The notes: generated by a model from the sequence alone, not told the origin. DNA of 64,000 nucleotides from Candidatus Woesebacteria bacterium (GCA_016432365.1 CP066686.1:793501-857500); one strand, 5' to 3'; shown: positions 39,709-51,244, numbered from the stretch's first letter. Numbers and translations: made by a program.

Positions 39709-42700
39709 GTGAAAAACAAACTTTTTAGAAAAATAATCTCGGTATTCGCAACTTTTGCGCTTCTTTTTAATTCTGTTGCACCTTATTCGCTTGCAGTCGC
39801 GCAAGAAATAACCCCAAGCCCAACACCCGATGCAACCACTCAACCGACAGAGCAGCCAACGATTGCACCCACAGACACCGTTTCACCAACAGCCACACCA
39901 GATGCAACACCAACAGAAATAGCCAGTCCAACACCAGAGGTAACAGCAACACCTACCGATTTAGCAACACCGACACCTTCCGAAACCCCAGCCGAAACCC
40001 AAGCACCGGAAAGCAGCCCCACAGTTCAAGGACCACCCTCAGATGAAAATAAACAAATAAACGAATCTGCAAATCTACAAATTTCCACACCAACTGCAAC
40101 GCCTGTAGTGCCAGTTGAACATGGAAACATTACAACCACCACAATAGAAAATGTCGATCTTTCGGGCATAACATTACTTAACTCAAATTTAAACGGGGCA
40201 TCTGTTACAACAGATAAACCAGATTATTCACCCACAAGCATTGTTCTTATTACCGGCACGGGTTTTACAGCAGATAAAACATATACTATAGTGATATCCT
40301 CAACCGACGAGCCTCCGGTAACCCATATAGATAGTGTAACCGCCGACACCCAAGGAACTTTTAGTTACGCCTACCAGCTCGATGGCAACTACCGACCGGA
40401 TTATAAAATTGAAGTAAAGAGTGGGGAAGTGGTGGTAGCATCAACAAGTTTTACTGACAATGGGGCAAAAATTGACAAACTCTATAAAAACGCTGGTCTT
40501 TTAACCGAGGGTTATCAATTTGCTGTCAATGAAACTGTATATGCAAAAGCGACCAATTTAACCACAAGTCGTGGTTATAAATTTGAAGCAAAAAATTCTT
40601 CAGGGGTATCAATGTACCTGGGTGCATGTAAAACAGGTTCAACAACTGCTAGCGACTCTTTTACTCCTACAACCGTGTCAGGAAGTTCAAGTTGGACTTG
40701 GATTCTACATGAATGGTCGTCAAACACTTGTTCAAGCGGTCCACAAAGCGAAGATTCTGACAACACACTCGCATTCAACGTAGCACAAGCTACCGCCTAT
40801 ACAACATCGGGGTTGTCTACCACCACAACATCTTACCTAACCGGTGCAACGGCGTATGTCAAAATAAATGGTCTACATCAAAACGATAACGATTGGGATG
40901 TTACCTGGATTAAACCAGACGGTACTACTGCCTGTGCAAATACAAGTAGTGGTGATCGTCCAAACTCTTCCAGCAATGGGGTCCTCCCTGATTCGTCTCC
41001 TTCGTATTTAGAATACCAACCAAGTACAGGTAGTAATAACTGGAACGATCCAACAAAGTATGACGGTTCTTGTCCGGCTTTTACCAGTGGAAATACAGGT
41101 CTTTGGAAATTAATCGTATCCCAAGACTCAACACACACAGTTACTTTTTCCGTATTTTCTGTAGCAACACCTTTAGATACCACACCACCCAACACAACCA
41201 TTGACTCCGGACCAAGTGAAAATGTACCAAGTACCTCAGCAACATTTGCATTTAGCGCTAACGAAACATCGACTTTTGAATGTAAATTGGATGGCGCATC
41301 ATTTTCAACTTGTACATCAACAAAATCATATTCAAGTCTTTCTCAAGGGTCCCATACATTCCAAGTTAGAGCTACCGACACGGCAGGGAATGTCGACTCT
41401 ACACCTGCAAGTCAAACTTGGACAGTTGATACGGTTGCTCCAACAATTTCAGCAGCAGTAAGTGCAGGGACACTTGGTTCAAATGGTTGGTACACAAGCG
41501 ATGTTACGGTTCATTTCACCTGCGCTGATACAGGAGGGTCCGGAATTGCATCTTGTCCGACAGATCAAATTTTAAGTACAGAAGGAAGCTCTGTAAGCTC
41601 AACTGCTCAAACAGCCACAGATAATGCGGGTAACACCAGCGCATTAAGCAACGTTGTTACTGTAAAAATCGATAAAACAGGTCCTACTGCTACCCTTGTA
41701 GTTACAGCTGGGGACTTGGGCCTAAACGATTGGTACACAAGCGATGTTACGGTCGCTACAAGTTGTTTTGATGGAATTAGTGCCATTACCGCATACACAT
41801 CTGATCAATCTCAAACAACCGACACGGCAGGACAAACTTTCAACGGATGGTGTGAAAACTGGGCAGGCTTAACTACAAACGCCTCACCATTAACTATCAA
41901 ATTGGATAAAACATCCCCAACTGCAACATTCAGTTATTCAACAACATCACCTACAAACAGTGATGTTCTTGCCACCCTAGTTCCAAGTGAGACGGTCACG
42001 GTTACCAACAATGGAGGACTTTCGACATATAATTTTACATCGAACGATTCTTTTACTTTTGAATTTAGAGATGAGGCCGGTAACATCGGAACTGCAACCG
42101 CAACTGTAGACAATATAGATAAAACTGCCCCAACTGTTACATATACCGACCCAACACCGGCAAACGGAACTCTTACAAACATCAATAACCACACATTTAA
42201 AGTTTCTTTAAGTGAAGAAGTTTCCAGCTGTAAATTAATCGCCGAAAATGGAGATTTCGAAAATGGCCTAAACGGATGGACAACTGGGGGCAACACAGCC
42301 CTAACTACCAGTACTTACCACTCTTCAAACCATAGTTTACAACTCCAAACAACAAACGATAATGTGGGAGGTAGTTATAACTACGCATTTACTACAGCAA
42401 ATCTTCCTGGAAGTGGTTTGATCAATTTAAATGCATGGCTAAGCCGTTCAACCACTGACGGACCTTATTGGGATCAACAGAGAATTTATTTAACCGATCT
42501 TTCAGGAAATATGTTGGTTGATTTGTTATATGGCCTTGAAAATTCAAGTTGGACGAATGTGAATTATGATATTTCTGCATACGCCGGACAATCCGTAAGG
42601 GCCTATTTTGCAGTACACGATGACGGGGCCGGCGACCCTTCCAGAATGTTTGTTGACGACGTTTCAATTACCGGTGGTTTCCAAGGCGGTGAGCACCCAA

Positions 42701-43935
42701 TGGTTGTCGATGGATTAGAAGCTACTTTAGATTGGAACGATATGCCTGATGCAAATTACAATCATTATGTCCAATGTACAGATTTGGCAGGAAACAATGG
42801 AAATTCAGAAAATAGGACATTAACCATTGATACTCAAGCGCCAGTTCTTTCCGACAAAACAGCATTTGACGATTCCTGGTACACAAGCGACCAAACATCG
42901 AATTTTGATTATTCAGATGTAAACGGTATTGCCTCGGGCAACCCCGCCAGTTGTGTAATTTCCACAGAAGGCTCTGCTCAAACTTGTGAGGTTATTGACC
43001 CCAATGTTTGTGACAATGCCGGAAATTGTAACCACGACACGGTTACATCTAATGGCGTAAATATCGACAAATCCGGTCCAACTTTGTCAGCCGATCCGCC
43101 GGCTGGCAACTACAGCTCTACTCAATTCGTTACCTTAACCGGAAGTGATGCTGGAAGTGGAGTAAAAGACATTTATTACACAATTGACGGTTCAACACCC
43201 GATGAAACAAAAACTCTTTACACGAGCGGGTCAACAATAACAGTAGATGACGATATGACCATTAAGGCAATTGCGTATGACAATATTGGTAATGCGAGTG
43301 ACGTATTGGTAGCTACCTATGGAATGGCGCCTGTTATATCAGCTGAGGATGGTATGGGTTCGGGTCATACATCCGCGAGAATTACGTGGACAACTGATAG
43401 GCCGGCAACTTCGAGAGTTGTTTACGACACAGTAAGTCATCCAGCTCTGGATAGCGAACCCAATTACGGATACGCCTTTTCAACAGGGACTTTTGATACA
43501 GATCCAAAAGTGCTGGCTCACTCAATCTCAATTGACGGACTTTCTGCAGGGACAACTTATTACTACAGAACAATCTCAACCGGTTCGCCGGCAGCTATTG
43601 GAGCTGAACACTCACTTTCTACACTTACATACTCAGGACCACCCAGCGCAGGTGGTAACAGTGGAACAGTTCTTGGAATCTCCACAACACAAGCTGACAG
43701 TTCATGGCCCAAGCTGGCCTTTGCAGGAACAACGGATTCTAACGGTTCAACCGAGAATGTTCTTGGAACCGAAACAACAGCCGGTACACCCTCCGCCGAC
43801 TCAACCATACAGACGGAACAAGATGAAAAAGTAAACTTTATGAAGTGGATATTGAGTCACAAGAAGATTTCCCTGGGAGTTGTCCTAGTCCTAATCGCTG
43901 TTGGTTATTACATATCTAAAAGGAAAAATAAGTAA
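39709..43935 (+). CDS. giant cell-surface protein (1408 aa) with a signal peptide, Thr/Pro linker and C-terminal TM anchor
   Basis: Signal peptide, a PTPxATP-type linker (residues ~35-110), many Ser/Thr-rich beta domains with repeated DKTxPT / WYTSD units, and a C-terminal TM segment plus KRKNK. Confidence 0.55.
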   Translation: MKNKLFRKIISVFATFALLFNSVAPYSLAVAQEITPSPTPDATTQPTEQPTIAPTDTVSPTATPDATPTEIASPTPEVTATPTDLATPTPSETPAETQAPESSPTVQGPPSDENKQINESANLQISTPTATPVVPVEHGNITTTTIENVDLSGITLLNSNLNGASVTTDKPDYSPTSIVLITGTGFTADKTYTIVISSTDEPPVTHIDSVTADTQGTFSYAYQLDGNYRPDYKIEVKSGEVVVASTSFTDNGAKIDKLYKNAGLLTEGYQFAVNETVYAKATNLTTSRGYKFEAKNSSGVSMYLGACKTGSTTASDSFTPTTVSGSSSWTWILHEWSSNTCSSGPQSEDSDNTLAFNVAQATAYTTSGLSTTTTSYLTGATAYVKINGLHQNDNDWDVTWIKPDGTTACANTSSGDRPNSSSNGVLPDSSPSYLEYQPSTGSNNWNDPTKYDGSCPAFTSGNTGLWKLIVSQDSTHTVTFSVFSVATPLDTTPPNTTIDSGPSENVPSTSATFAFSANETSTFECKLDGASFSTCTSTKSYSSLSQGSHTFQVRATDTAGNVDSTPASQTWTVDTVAPTISAAVSAGTLGSNGWYTSDVTVHFTCADTGGSGIASCPTDQILSTEGSSVSSTAQTATDNAGNTSALSNVVTVKIDKTGPTATLVVTAGDLGLNDWYTSDVTVATSCFDGISAITAYTSDQSQTTDTAGQTFNGWCENWAGLTTNASPLTIKLDKTSPTATFSYSTTSPTNSDVLATLVPSETVTVTNNGGLSTYNFTSNDSFTFEFRDEAGNIGTATATVDNIDKTAPTVTYTDPTPANGTLTNINNHTFKVSLSEEVSSCKLIAENGDFENGLNGWTTGGNTALTTSTYHSSNHSLQLQTTNDNVGGSYNYAFTTANLPGSGLINLNAWLSRSTTDGPYWDQQRIYLTDLSGNMLVDLLYGLENSSWTNVNYDISAYAGQSVRAYFAVHDDGAGDPSRMFVDDVSITGGFQGGEHPMVVDGLEATLDWNDMPDANYNHYVQCTDLAGNNGNSENRTLTIDTQAPVLSDKTAFDDSWYTSDQTSNFDYSDVNGIASGNPASCVISTEGSAQTCEVIDPNVCDNAGNCNHDTVTSNGVNIDKSGPTLSADPPAGNYSSTQFVTLTGSDAGSGVKDIYYTIDGSTPDETKTLYTSGSTITVDDDMTIKAIAYDNIGNASDVLVATYGMAPVISAEDGMGSGHTSARITWTTDRPATSRVVYDTVSHPALDSEPNYGYAFSTGTFDTDPKVLAHSISIDGLSAGTTYYYRTISTGSPAAIGAEHSLSTLTYSGPPSAGGNSGTVLGISTTQADSSWPKLAFAGTTDSNGSTENVLGTETTAGTPSADSTIQTEQDEKVNFMKWILSHKKISLGVVLVLIAVGYYISKRKNK

Positions 43936-43999
43936 CCTATAACTTTGCCTCTTGACAAGCAGGGAAAGTACTGTTATTATTCCACCATAGTTATATATT

Positions 44000-44812
44000 A
44001 TGACTAAATTTAATTCAGGCAAAGCTTCGGTTTTAGCGCTTACGTCTGTTTTCGTCGTCGCGACTTTTCTCCTTGGTAAATCCCTGACTTCTGTTTTTGC
44101 CAGGGCTGGTGATGTTCCAAAAGCGTACTGCCATGCAGCTGGGCGTGAGGAAACTGATCACTTTAATTATCATTACAATCGGGCTTGGACATCTCACTTT
44201 TATAATAACGGAACACCGAAAGCAGGTCACGAAGACGATTTCTACACAGTAGTAGGGGACAGAAATTGTGACGGTCAAGCAGACTCAAGCCCTACGCCGA
44301 CACCTACACCTACGCCGACAGCAACTCCTAGAGAATGCGAAGAAGATGAGGATGAGTGCAGTACACCTACACCAGAACCGACAGCAACCCCGGAAATAAC
44401 TGACGCTTGTCCAAATATTGAAGGTATTCAAGACTCCATACCGGAAGGATATTTCCTAAACAGTGATGATAACTGTGTCGAGGGAGAAGAACCCACACCA
44501 ACTCCAGACGCTGATGTCTGTGACAACCTTGATGGTGTTCAAACGGGATTACCAGAAGGAATGCATTTTGATGCCGCAGGTGTAAATTGTGTAAATTTTG
44601 GTCAAAGTGGGCCAGCACCCAGGAACGACGAAGGAACAGGTGGGCAGGTATTGGGAGCCTCCACTGTAAGAGGCCAAGTATTGGGCGCTTCCACAATGGC
44701 AAAAACAGGTAGTTTTGAAGAAAGCCTTTATATAGCTATAATGGGTGTAGGTGCAATCATTACTACGCTCGGTGCGAAAAATCTCAAGAAAGCTTTCAAA
44801 GCGGCTAACTAA
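44000..44812 (+). CDS. surface protein with Cys-containing repeats and a C-terminal sortase-type sorting signal (MAKTG-like)
   Basis: Signal peptide, TPTPTP linkers and repeated C-x-N-x-x-G-[IV]-Q modules. C-terminus is MAKTGS + hydrophobic stretch + KNLKK. Overlaps the downstream sortase gene. Confidence 0.45.
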   Translation: MTKFNSGKASVLALTSVFVVATFLLGKSLTSVFARAGDVPKAYCHAAGREETDHFNYHYNRAWTSHFYNNGTPKAGHEDDFYTVVGDRNCDGQADSSPTPTPTPTPTATPRECEEDEDECSTPTPEPTATPEITDACPNIEGIQDSIPEGYFLNSDDNCVEGEEPTPTPDADVCDNLDGVQTGLPEGMHFDAAGVNCVNFGQSGPAPRNDEGTGGQVLGASTVRGQVLGASTMAKTGSFEESLYIAIMGVGAIITTLGAKNLKKAFKAAN

Positions 44813-45356
44813 ACTTCAAGTTAAACTTCAGAGTGGTAAAAACCCAATCATTGTCGTAACCTTCGGCATGTTTCTTATTTTTGTAGGAGCCTCCCATTAC
44901 TATCAACTGCGGATTTTATCGTTTAGGGGGCCTCTTGCCATGGCACAGAACGCACAAAGGGGCGAGTTGCCGGTTCAGATTACTATTCCCTCTATAAAAA
45001 TTGACCAGCCGATCGATGTAGGTACAATCCAAAATGGCGTTTGGCTTATCTCATATGAGCACCCGACTTTTTTAGATACTTCGGCCAGGCCGGGAACAGG
45101 CGGAAATACAGTTATTTATGGTCACAATAAAAAAGTTATTTTTGGAAACCTGCCATATGTAAGTATCGGCCAAAATGTTTTTATCAAGGTTGCGAGTGGG
45201 AAAATATATAAATATGAAATTTATCAGAAAGATTTTGTTAGTCCCGATAGAATAGATTTGGTTTCACCGGAAAATAAAGAGGACTTAACAATCTACACTT
45301 GCTGGGGCTTATTTGATTCACAACGTGCCGTTATAAAGGCAAGGCCTATGTTTTGA
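44751..45356 (+). CDS. sortase (transpeptidase)
   Basis: N-terminal TM anchor, catalytic His in VIYGHN, LTIYTC Cys motif and a downstream Arg (KARP). Confidence 0.65.
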   Translation: MQSLLRSVRKISRKLSKRLTKLQVKLQSGKNPIIVVTFGMFLIFVGASHYYQLRILSFRGPLAMAQNAQRGELPVQITIPSIKIDQPIDVGTIQNGVWLISYEHPTFLDTSARPGTGGNTVIYGHNKKVIFGNLPYVSIGQNVFIKVASGKIYKYEIYQKDFVSPDRIDLVSPENKEDLTIYTCWGLFDSQRAVIKARPMF

Positions 45357-45450
45357 CCTATTATTTCTTCACCCTTGTTCGGATGCTCCTTGTAAGTTAA
45401 AATGACACCCGAGAAGCTGGCTAGCTCATTTAACACAAGGAGAAAACCGA

Positions 45451-45942
45451 ATGAAAAAGATCGTTTTTGTCGTACTTACCGTGTTGGCTCTGGTTTTAAT
45501 GCCAACCACCTCCGCCTTCGCAAGCGGCGGATTCAATGAATTCGGCTACAACTACAACGCCCACATCTTCGTTGGCTCGGCCGATGGAGTTGATCGTGTG
45601 TTGGACGGCGCTGTTTGGGGCGACCCGACTTATGCCAACGACCATCTGGTCATGAAGTGGAACGCTGCCTGGGACGCATGCAACGATAACGGATATGATG
45701 ATCCGGCTTTCTGCGCAGGCGCCTGGACCACAAACGAATACAACGGCATGAATCCTGATGGAAGCCAAAGCAGTTGGCATTACAAGATCATCTGGGTCGG
45801 CTCGTTGGGGTCCGCGAGTCCTTACTGGCGCGACGGCGGTTATTCCGTTTGGGGAAATTACGAAGTCATTCAAGACTTCGGTTTTGACCCTACCGGCCAT
45901 TACCGCTTTGCCCTGGCCCGCCCTGCAGGCCTCGGACACTAA
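45451..45942 (+). CDS. small secreted Trp/Tyr/Gly-rich protein in a locally GC-rich gene (probable horizontal acquisition)
   Basis: Signal peptide MKKIVFVVLTVLALVLMPTTSAFA. Strong AAGGAG Shine-Dalgarno site. GC content and codon usage (GGC, GCC, CTG) differ clearly from flanking genes. Confidence 0.6.
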   Translation: MKKIVFVVLTVLALVLMPTTSAFASGGFNEFGYNYNAHIFVGSADGVDRVLDGAVWGDPTYANDHLVMKWNAAWDACNDNGYDDPAFCAGAWTTNEYNGMNPDGSQSSWHYKIIWVGSLGSASPYWRDGGYSVWGNYEVIQDFGFDPTGHYRFALARPAGLGH

Positions 45943-46133
45943 ATAACTATAAAAACAGAGATTTGACGGCCTAAAGCCATCGAATAATGCTAGCCAGCTC
46001 CTCTGTTTTTTTTGTTTTAGTATCTCCCCATTGCTTCATAAATATTGTTGAGGTAGAATCATTTAAGGCTAATTGAGCCTGTTTTTTATGTTCGTAATTA
46101 TTAATTCTTAGTTATTAATTCTTAATTTAGCTT

Positions 46134-48761
46134 ATGGATATCGGTAAAATTCAACAAACAGAGATAACCAGCGAACTTTCTAAATCATATTTGGATTATG
46201 CAATGAGCGTTATCGTCGCCCGGGCCTTGCCGGATGTACGGGACGGACTTAAGCCGGTTCACAGGAGAATTTTATATGCAATGCATTTGATGGGACTTCA
46301 TTTCGTGGGTTCTTCCACAACAAAATCCGCCAAGGTCGTTGGAGAAGTTTTAGGAAAATATCATCCACATGGAGACATGGCAGTCTACGACGCGATGGTC
46401 CGACTTGCCCAAACTTTTTCCATGCGTTATCCCTTAGTCCACGGTCAGGGAAACTTTGGATCCGTTGACGGCGATCCTCCCGCAGCCATGCGTTACACCG
46501 AGGTTAAACTCGCAAAAATAGCAGACATGATGCTTGCGGACATGGAAAAAGAAACCGTCGATTTTACGGACAACTTTGATGCAACACTTAAAGAACCTGT
46601 TTTCCTTCCCGCAGTTTTACCCAATTTGCTTCTTATGGGAAGCGAGGGAATTGCGGTGGGAATGGCTACAAAAATTCCCCCTCATAATTTAACTGAATTG
46701 GTTGATGGCATAACCGCTATGATCAAAAAAGGTAAGGTTATAACTGAGCAAAAGGCGCAGGAAGAACAAACCGATTTTGTCATCAAAAAGATTAATTTGG
46801 TAGCTTCGGGTGAGGCCAAAGCATTAACCGAAGAAGAAGTTAACCCAACAGCAGTCTCTTTTGAAAGCGAAATAGATATCGACGAACTAACCAACATTAT
46901 ACCCGGACCTGATTTCCCAACAGGCGGTGCGATTTACGATGCCAACGGACTAAAAGAACTTTACGCTACAGGGCGCGGCAAAATAGTTGTCAGGGGAATT
47001 GCAGAAATTGTAGAGGGTGCTAAAGGCAAGCAGCAAATAATAATCAGCGAGCTTCCATATCAAGTAAATAAGAGTGAACTTGTAGCCAAAATCGCCGAAC
47101 TCGTAAAAGATAAAAAGGTTGTAGGAATTGCAGATCTAAGAGATGAAAGCGACAAAGACGGTATGAGGGTAGCGATAGACCTCAAACGCGATGCAAAACC
47201 AAAATCCGTTTTGAATAATATTTTCAAACACACCAGACTTCAAAGCAGTTTCCCTGCAAATTTTGTGGCACTTGTTGACGGCACCCCCCACACATTAAAT
47301 CTCAAAACAATTCTTGTTGAATACGTTAAACACAGACAAAGAGTTGTTATAAGGCGCACTATTTTTGAATTGACCGAAGCCAAAAAACGCGCTCATATTT
47401 TGGAGGGGCTTAAAATCGCACTAGACAATTTAGATGCAGTAATCAAAACCATCAGAGAAAGTAAGACTCAGGAGGATGCCAAGAAAAACTTAATTGAAAG
47501 GTTTAAGCTGTCCGAAATCCAGGCAACTGCAATCCTTGATATGCAGCTTAGAAGGTTGGCTGCACTTGAGAGAGAAAAGATTGAAAAAGAATATGCTGAA
47601 ATCAAGAAACTGATAGATCAACTTGTTGCAATTTTGAAAGACCCCAAACAGGTTTTGAATATTATTGTTAAAGAGCTGGGAGAGCTAAAAGAAAAATACG
47701 GAGACGAAAGAAGAACCAAAATCTACAAAAACCCGCTAGGGGAAATCAGCGAAGAAGATTTAGTTGCTAAAGAGGAAACGTTAATCACCGTTACAAAAAC
47801 CGGCTATGTTAAACGGCTTTCGGCAACAAGTTACCGCGCGCAGCGTCGGGGTGGTAAGGGTGTAATCGGAATGGCAACAAAGGAGGAGGATGAAATAGAA
47901 CACATTTTATCCGCCACCACTCACGACACGATATTATTCTTTACCAACAAAGGCCGTGTTTTCGGGCTAAAAGCATGGGAAATTCCGGAAAGCAGTAGAC
48001 AGGCAAAGGGACAAGCTCTTGTCAATTTGTTGAATCTTGAACAGGGCGAAGAAATAAAATCTATTCTTCCGCTTTCTAAAGAACTCGGAATCAAAAATTT
48101 GGTAATGGCCACCAAAAACGGACTTATTAAAAAGACCGGCATTGACGAATTTGAAAACTTAAGAGCGTCCGGGCTTATTGCAATTAAACTCAGAGACAAC
48201 GACATGCTTATTTCGGTTCATCCGACAACGGGGGATGACCACATCATTCTTCTTACAAGTAATGCAAAATCAATAAGATTCCCGGAGTCAAATGCCAGAC
48301 CCATGGGCCGTGCCACAACCGGGGTAACGGGAATAAAAATGGATGCAGGAGATGAGTTGATTGGAATGGAAGTGTTCCCGACAAAAGAAAATATCCCAAC
48401 CGATAAAAGGAAAAAATTCTACCGCGACATTTTGACTATCGCCGAACACGGACTTGGGAAGCGTACCCCAATCAATCTTTTCCCTGTACAAAAAAGATCA
48501 GGTAAGGGTGTTAAGGCGGCGGTGGTTTCGGCAAAAACAGGGAATCTAAAAACTGCCGCGATGGTCACTGAAAAATTTGATCAGGTGATAATTACTTCAA
48601 AAATGGGGCAGGTGATTAAACTGCCATTGAAAAATATTCCCCAACTTGGAAGAGCTACACAAGGAGTAATACTTATGCGTTTTGCAGATAAAGCAGATTC
48701 GGTTGCGGCTGCTGCGGTTTTAGAAAAAGGAGTGGATGACGAAGAAGAAGAGGAGGGTTAA
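46134..48761 (+). CDS. gyrA: DNA gyrase subunit A
   Basis: [24 protein letters not shown], active-site Tyr region (AMRYTE), and a beta-pinwheel C-terminal domain ending in an acidic tail. Confidence 0.9.
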   Translation: MDIGKIQQTEITSELSKSYLDYAMSVIVARALPDVRDGLKPVHRRILYAMHLMGLHFVGSSTTKSAKVVGEVLGKYHPHGDMAVYDAMVRLAQTFSMRYPLVHGQGNFGSVDGDPPAAMRYTEVKLAKIADMMLADMEKETVDFTDNFDATLKEPVFLPAVLPNLLLMGSEGIAVGMATKIPPHNLTELVDGITAMIKKGKVITEQKAQEEQTDFVIKKINLVASGEAKALTEEEVNPTAVSFESEIDIDELTNIIPGPDFPTGGAIYDANGLKELYATGRGKIVVRGIAEIVEGAKGKQQIIISELPYQVNKSELVAKIAELVKDKKVVGIADLRDESDKDGMRVAIDLKRDAKPKSVLNNIFKHTRLQSSFPANFVALVDGTPHTLNLKTILVEYVKHRQRVVIRRTIFELTEAKKRAHILEGLKIALDNLDAVIKTIRESKTQEDAKKNLIERFKLSEIQATAILDMQLRRLAALEREKIEKEYAEIKKLIDQLVAILKDPKQVLNIIVKELGELKEKYGDERRTKIYKNPLGEISEEDLVAKEETLITVTKTGYVKRLSATSYRAQRRGGKGVIGMATKEEDEIEHILSATTHDTILFFTNKGRVFGLKAWEIPESSRQAKGQALVNLLNLEQGEEIKSILPLSKELGIKNLVMATKNGLIKKTGIDEFENLRASGLIAIKLRDNDMLISVHPTTGDDHIILLTSNAKSIRFPESNARPMGRATTGVTGIKMDAGDELIGMEVFPTKENIPTDKRKKFYRDILTIAEHGLGKRTPINLFPVQKRSGKGVKAAVVSAKTGNLKTAAMVTEKFDQVIITSKMGQVIKLPLKNIPQLGRATQGVILMRFADKADSVAAAAVLEKGVDDEEEEEG

Positions 48762-49012
48762 CCCTTGCCGGAACGAAAATTATTTTCCTCAACTAATCCT
48801 TTTCTGATTAGTCTCGCCAGTTCCCGTTCTTTGTAAGCAACGACTACTCTTGTTTGATTATATCTTCTGGTATTTTCTTTAAAATATTCCTGAGAAAATA
48901 AAAGTGGAACAGGAGCCAGCTTAACTTCAGGATTAACAGACTCAATTTCCCGAGCCAATTCGTCTATTTTATCGGCAAAATCTGCAAGCGACATATATAT
49001 TTTTTCCTGCAT
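48758..49012 (-). CDS. small hypothetical protein (84 aa)
   Basis: ORF in a gap free of competing genes. Basic and hydrophilic. Confidence 0.3.
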   Translation of the reverse strand: MQEKIYMSLADFADKIDELAREIESVNPEVKLAPVPLLFSQEYFKENTRRYNQTRVVVAYKERELARLIRKGLVEENNFRSGKG

Positions 49013-49037
49013 ATTTACTTATTACCTACAATAATTT

Positions 49038-49805
49038 ATGATCATTATATATATGAATCCCGAAAAATCAATTAACATTGCCGGTTCAGTTATCATATTT
49101 TTTATTCTTCTTTTTGTCTTTGCCAAATGGGGACCGGCAATTAACTTTTCGACAACGTCGCAATCAAAAGGTGAGCCGTTTGTTGTAAATGGAGAAGGAA
49201 AAGTTTCAGTTGTACCGGATGTAGCAAAAGTTACTTTTGGAATTCAAGAGAATGGAGGTTCACTCAAACAAGTTCAGGACAGTGTAAACACTAAATCTAA
49301 ATCCTTAACTAATGCAATCAAAAAGTTGGGTATAGCAGAAAGCGATATTAAAACCACCTCATACAATGTTTATCCTCAATACGACTATATAAACCCAGGT
49401 CAGAGAATAACCGGATACCAAGTATCTACCAACTACCAAGTTACCGTAAAAGATTTTGACAAAGTCAATGACTTGATAGTTTTGGCAACCGATGCCGGCG
49501 CCAACATTGTCGGTGGGGTTAGCTTTGAATTAAGTGATTCAACTAAAGCAGAAAAAACTAACGAGGCCCGTGTAAAAGCGGTAGCAGATGCAAAAACAAA
49601 AGCCGAAGGGCTCGCCAATGCCGCAGGGATATCTTTGGTTAAAATCATAAACGTCTCCGAAAGCCAAAATGGTATTTCTCCACGTTTTTACGCCATGCCA
49701 GCCTCAGGTGACAGCTTAGAACAAAAGTCAATCGCCCAACCCGATATTCAACCGGGTCAAACCGAAATCCAAGTAATTATCTCCCTGTCCTACGAAATTA
49801 GGTAA
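49038..49805 (+). CDS. SIMPL/DUF541-domain protein (BP26-like)
   Basis: N-terminal TM anchor. VSVVPDVAKVTFGIQ and SYNVYPQYDY are typical of SIMPL-domain proteins. Confidence 0.6.
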   Translation: MIIIYMNPEKSINIAGSVIIFFILLFVFAKWGPAINFSTTSQSKGEPFVVNGEGKVSVVPDVAKVTFGIQENGGSLKQVQDSVNTKSKSLTNAIKKLGIAESDIKTTSYNVYPQYDYINPGQRITGYQVSTNYQVTVKDFDKVNDLIVLATDAGANIVGGVSFELSDSTKAEKTNEARVKAVADAKTKAEGLANAAGISLVKIINVSESQNGISPRFYAMPASGDSLEQKSIAQPDIQPGQTEIQVIISLSYEIR

Positions 49806-49847
49806 ACCTACCCCCTAAACCGCTCTTTAAATTGAAAGGAGAGCAAA

Positions 49848-50645
49848 GTGAAAAAGCTTGTTTTTGTGCTTTTGCTGTTTTTGACAACTTGCGCACAAGT
49901 TAATACCAAAGTTGCCCCAACCGTGGCACCAACCGCAGTCGTTCTGCCTACAAAAACTCCCGTACCAACACTAAAGCCAACGTCGACCCCGACACCCGTT
50001 CCATCGCCATCACCATCACCTTCGCCAACACCTGCGGTCGTCACATACGTGGTTCAACCGGGTGACACCCTGTGGGAAATCGCAAATCGTTTTGGGATAA
50101 CCGTTGAATCGCTTGCGCTAATTAATGACATTGCCGACCCAAACTTGATATATCCGGGCCAAGTCTTGATTATAAAAGGCGATGAAGTTGGAGTAGAACC
50201 GATTGCCCCCATACCCGACATATTGAAAGGAAAGGAAATTGTCGTTGTAATTCACACTCAACGGACTTACGCCTTTGAAGATGGGGCCTTACTTAAAACG
50301 TTTATCGTTTCTACCGGAGTTGCCGCACACCCAACAAAAATCGGCAAGTTCAGAATCATGATAAAACTTGATTTTGACGACATGACGGATCGATCGACCT
50401 ACTATTTACCAAAGGTCCCGTGGGTAATGTACTTCGGCAATGATGACGTTTCCTGGCATGAAGGATATTCACTTCATGGTACTTACTGGCATCACAATTT
50501 TGGTGTACCGATGAGTCACGGATGTGTTAATTTAAGCATCCCGGACGCAGAGTGGATATATAACTGGTCTGACCCAACACCAATGGGTAGCGAAACTGTT
50601 TCAACCGAGGCAAAACCAGGAACTGTTGTTTGGATAATTCCGTAA
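49848..50645 (+). CDS. LysM-domain L,D-transpeptidase (YkuD family), probable lipoprotein
   Basis: Lipobox-like LTTC. Lys[18 protein letters not shown]. Catalytic [20 protein letters not shown]. Confidence 0.8.
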   Translation: MKKLVFVLLLFLTTCAQVNTKVAPTVAPTAVVLPTKTPVPTLKPTSTPTPVPSPSPSPSPTPAVVTYVVQPGDTLWEIANRFGITVESLALINDIADPNLIYPGQVLIIKGDEVGVEPIAPIPDILKGKEIVVVIHTQRTYAFEDGALLKTFIVSTGVAAHPTKIGKFRIMIKLDFDDMTDRSTYYLPKVPWVMYFGNDDVSWHEGYSLHGTYWHHNFGVPMSHGCVNLSIPDAEWIYNWSDPTPMGSETVSTEAKPGTVVWIIP

Positions 50646-50703
50646 GAGGAACGAAAAGGGAATCTTAATGATTTAAAAAGAATCAGAAGGTTCCCTTGTT
50701 TTT

Positions 50704-51216
50704 TTAACTTTTTAAAAATTCTAAAAATTCCGAATAATAGGGATATTCGTGATCACTGCCAGATTTAACTATTAACCTAATGTCGGGGTTTATCTCTGCC
50801 AAAAATTCTTTGATTTGAGCTCCGCTTCCATGGGGGTCTTTATCATTTTGAAAACAAAGAATCTTACTTTCTGAAAGCTTCAAAAGCGCCTGCTTAATTT
50901 CTCTTTTTGCCTTATCGTTTATATCATTTAACGGGATTCCGCTAAAAATTATTTTTTGAATTTTGTCCGGAGTTTTTTGAATCAAATGTGAAGCAACCAA
51001 AGTGCCAATCGATTTGGCAACAATGTTAATCTGATTGTCACTCAATATACTTAAAATATCGTCCGCAACAACTTGCTCGTCAAATTTTGTACTCGGGTCT
51101 TTCCAGTGCTCCCAAAGCACAGGGCGCACGTCATGGTCAAGTTTAAGTTGTTTTGCGGTTTCCATTGCCCAGTCCTCATTGTGGGGAGAGTAACCGGGTA
51201 GAATCAATGTTAGCAT
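50704..51216 (-). CDS. alpha/beta-hydrolase-fold esterase (RBBP9/YdeN-like)
   Basis: Nucleophile elbow AKSIGT. Small (~170 aa) serine-hydrolase arrangement with a C-terminal DH. Confidence 0.4.
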   Translation of the reverse strand: MLTLILPGYSPHNEDWAMETAKQLKLDHDVRPVLWEHWKDPSTKFDEQVVADDILSILSDNQINIVAKSIGTLVASHLIQKTPDKIQKIIFSGIPLNDINDKAKREIKQALLKLSESKILCFQNDKDPHGSGAQIKEFLAEINPDIRLIVKSGSDHEYPYYSEFLEFLKS

Positions 51217-51244
51217 TAATTAAGTATATCAAAAAAGGTATCTC

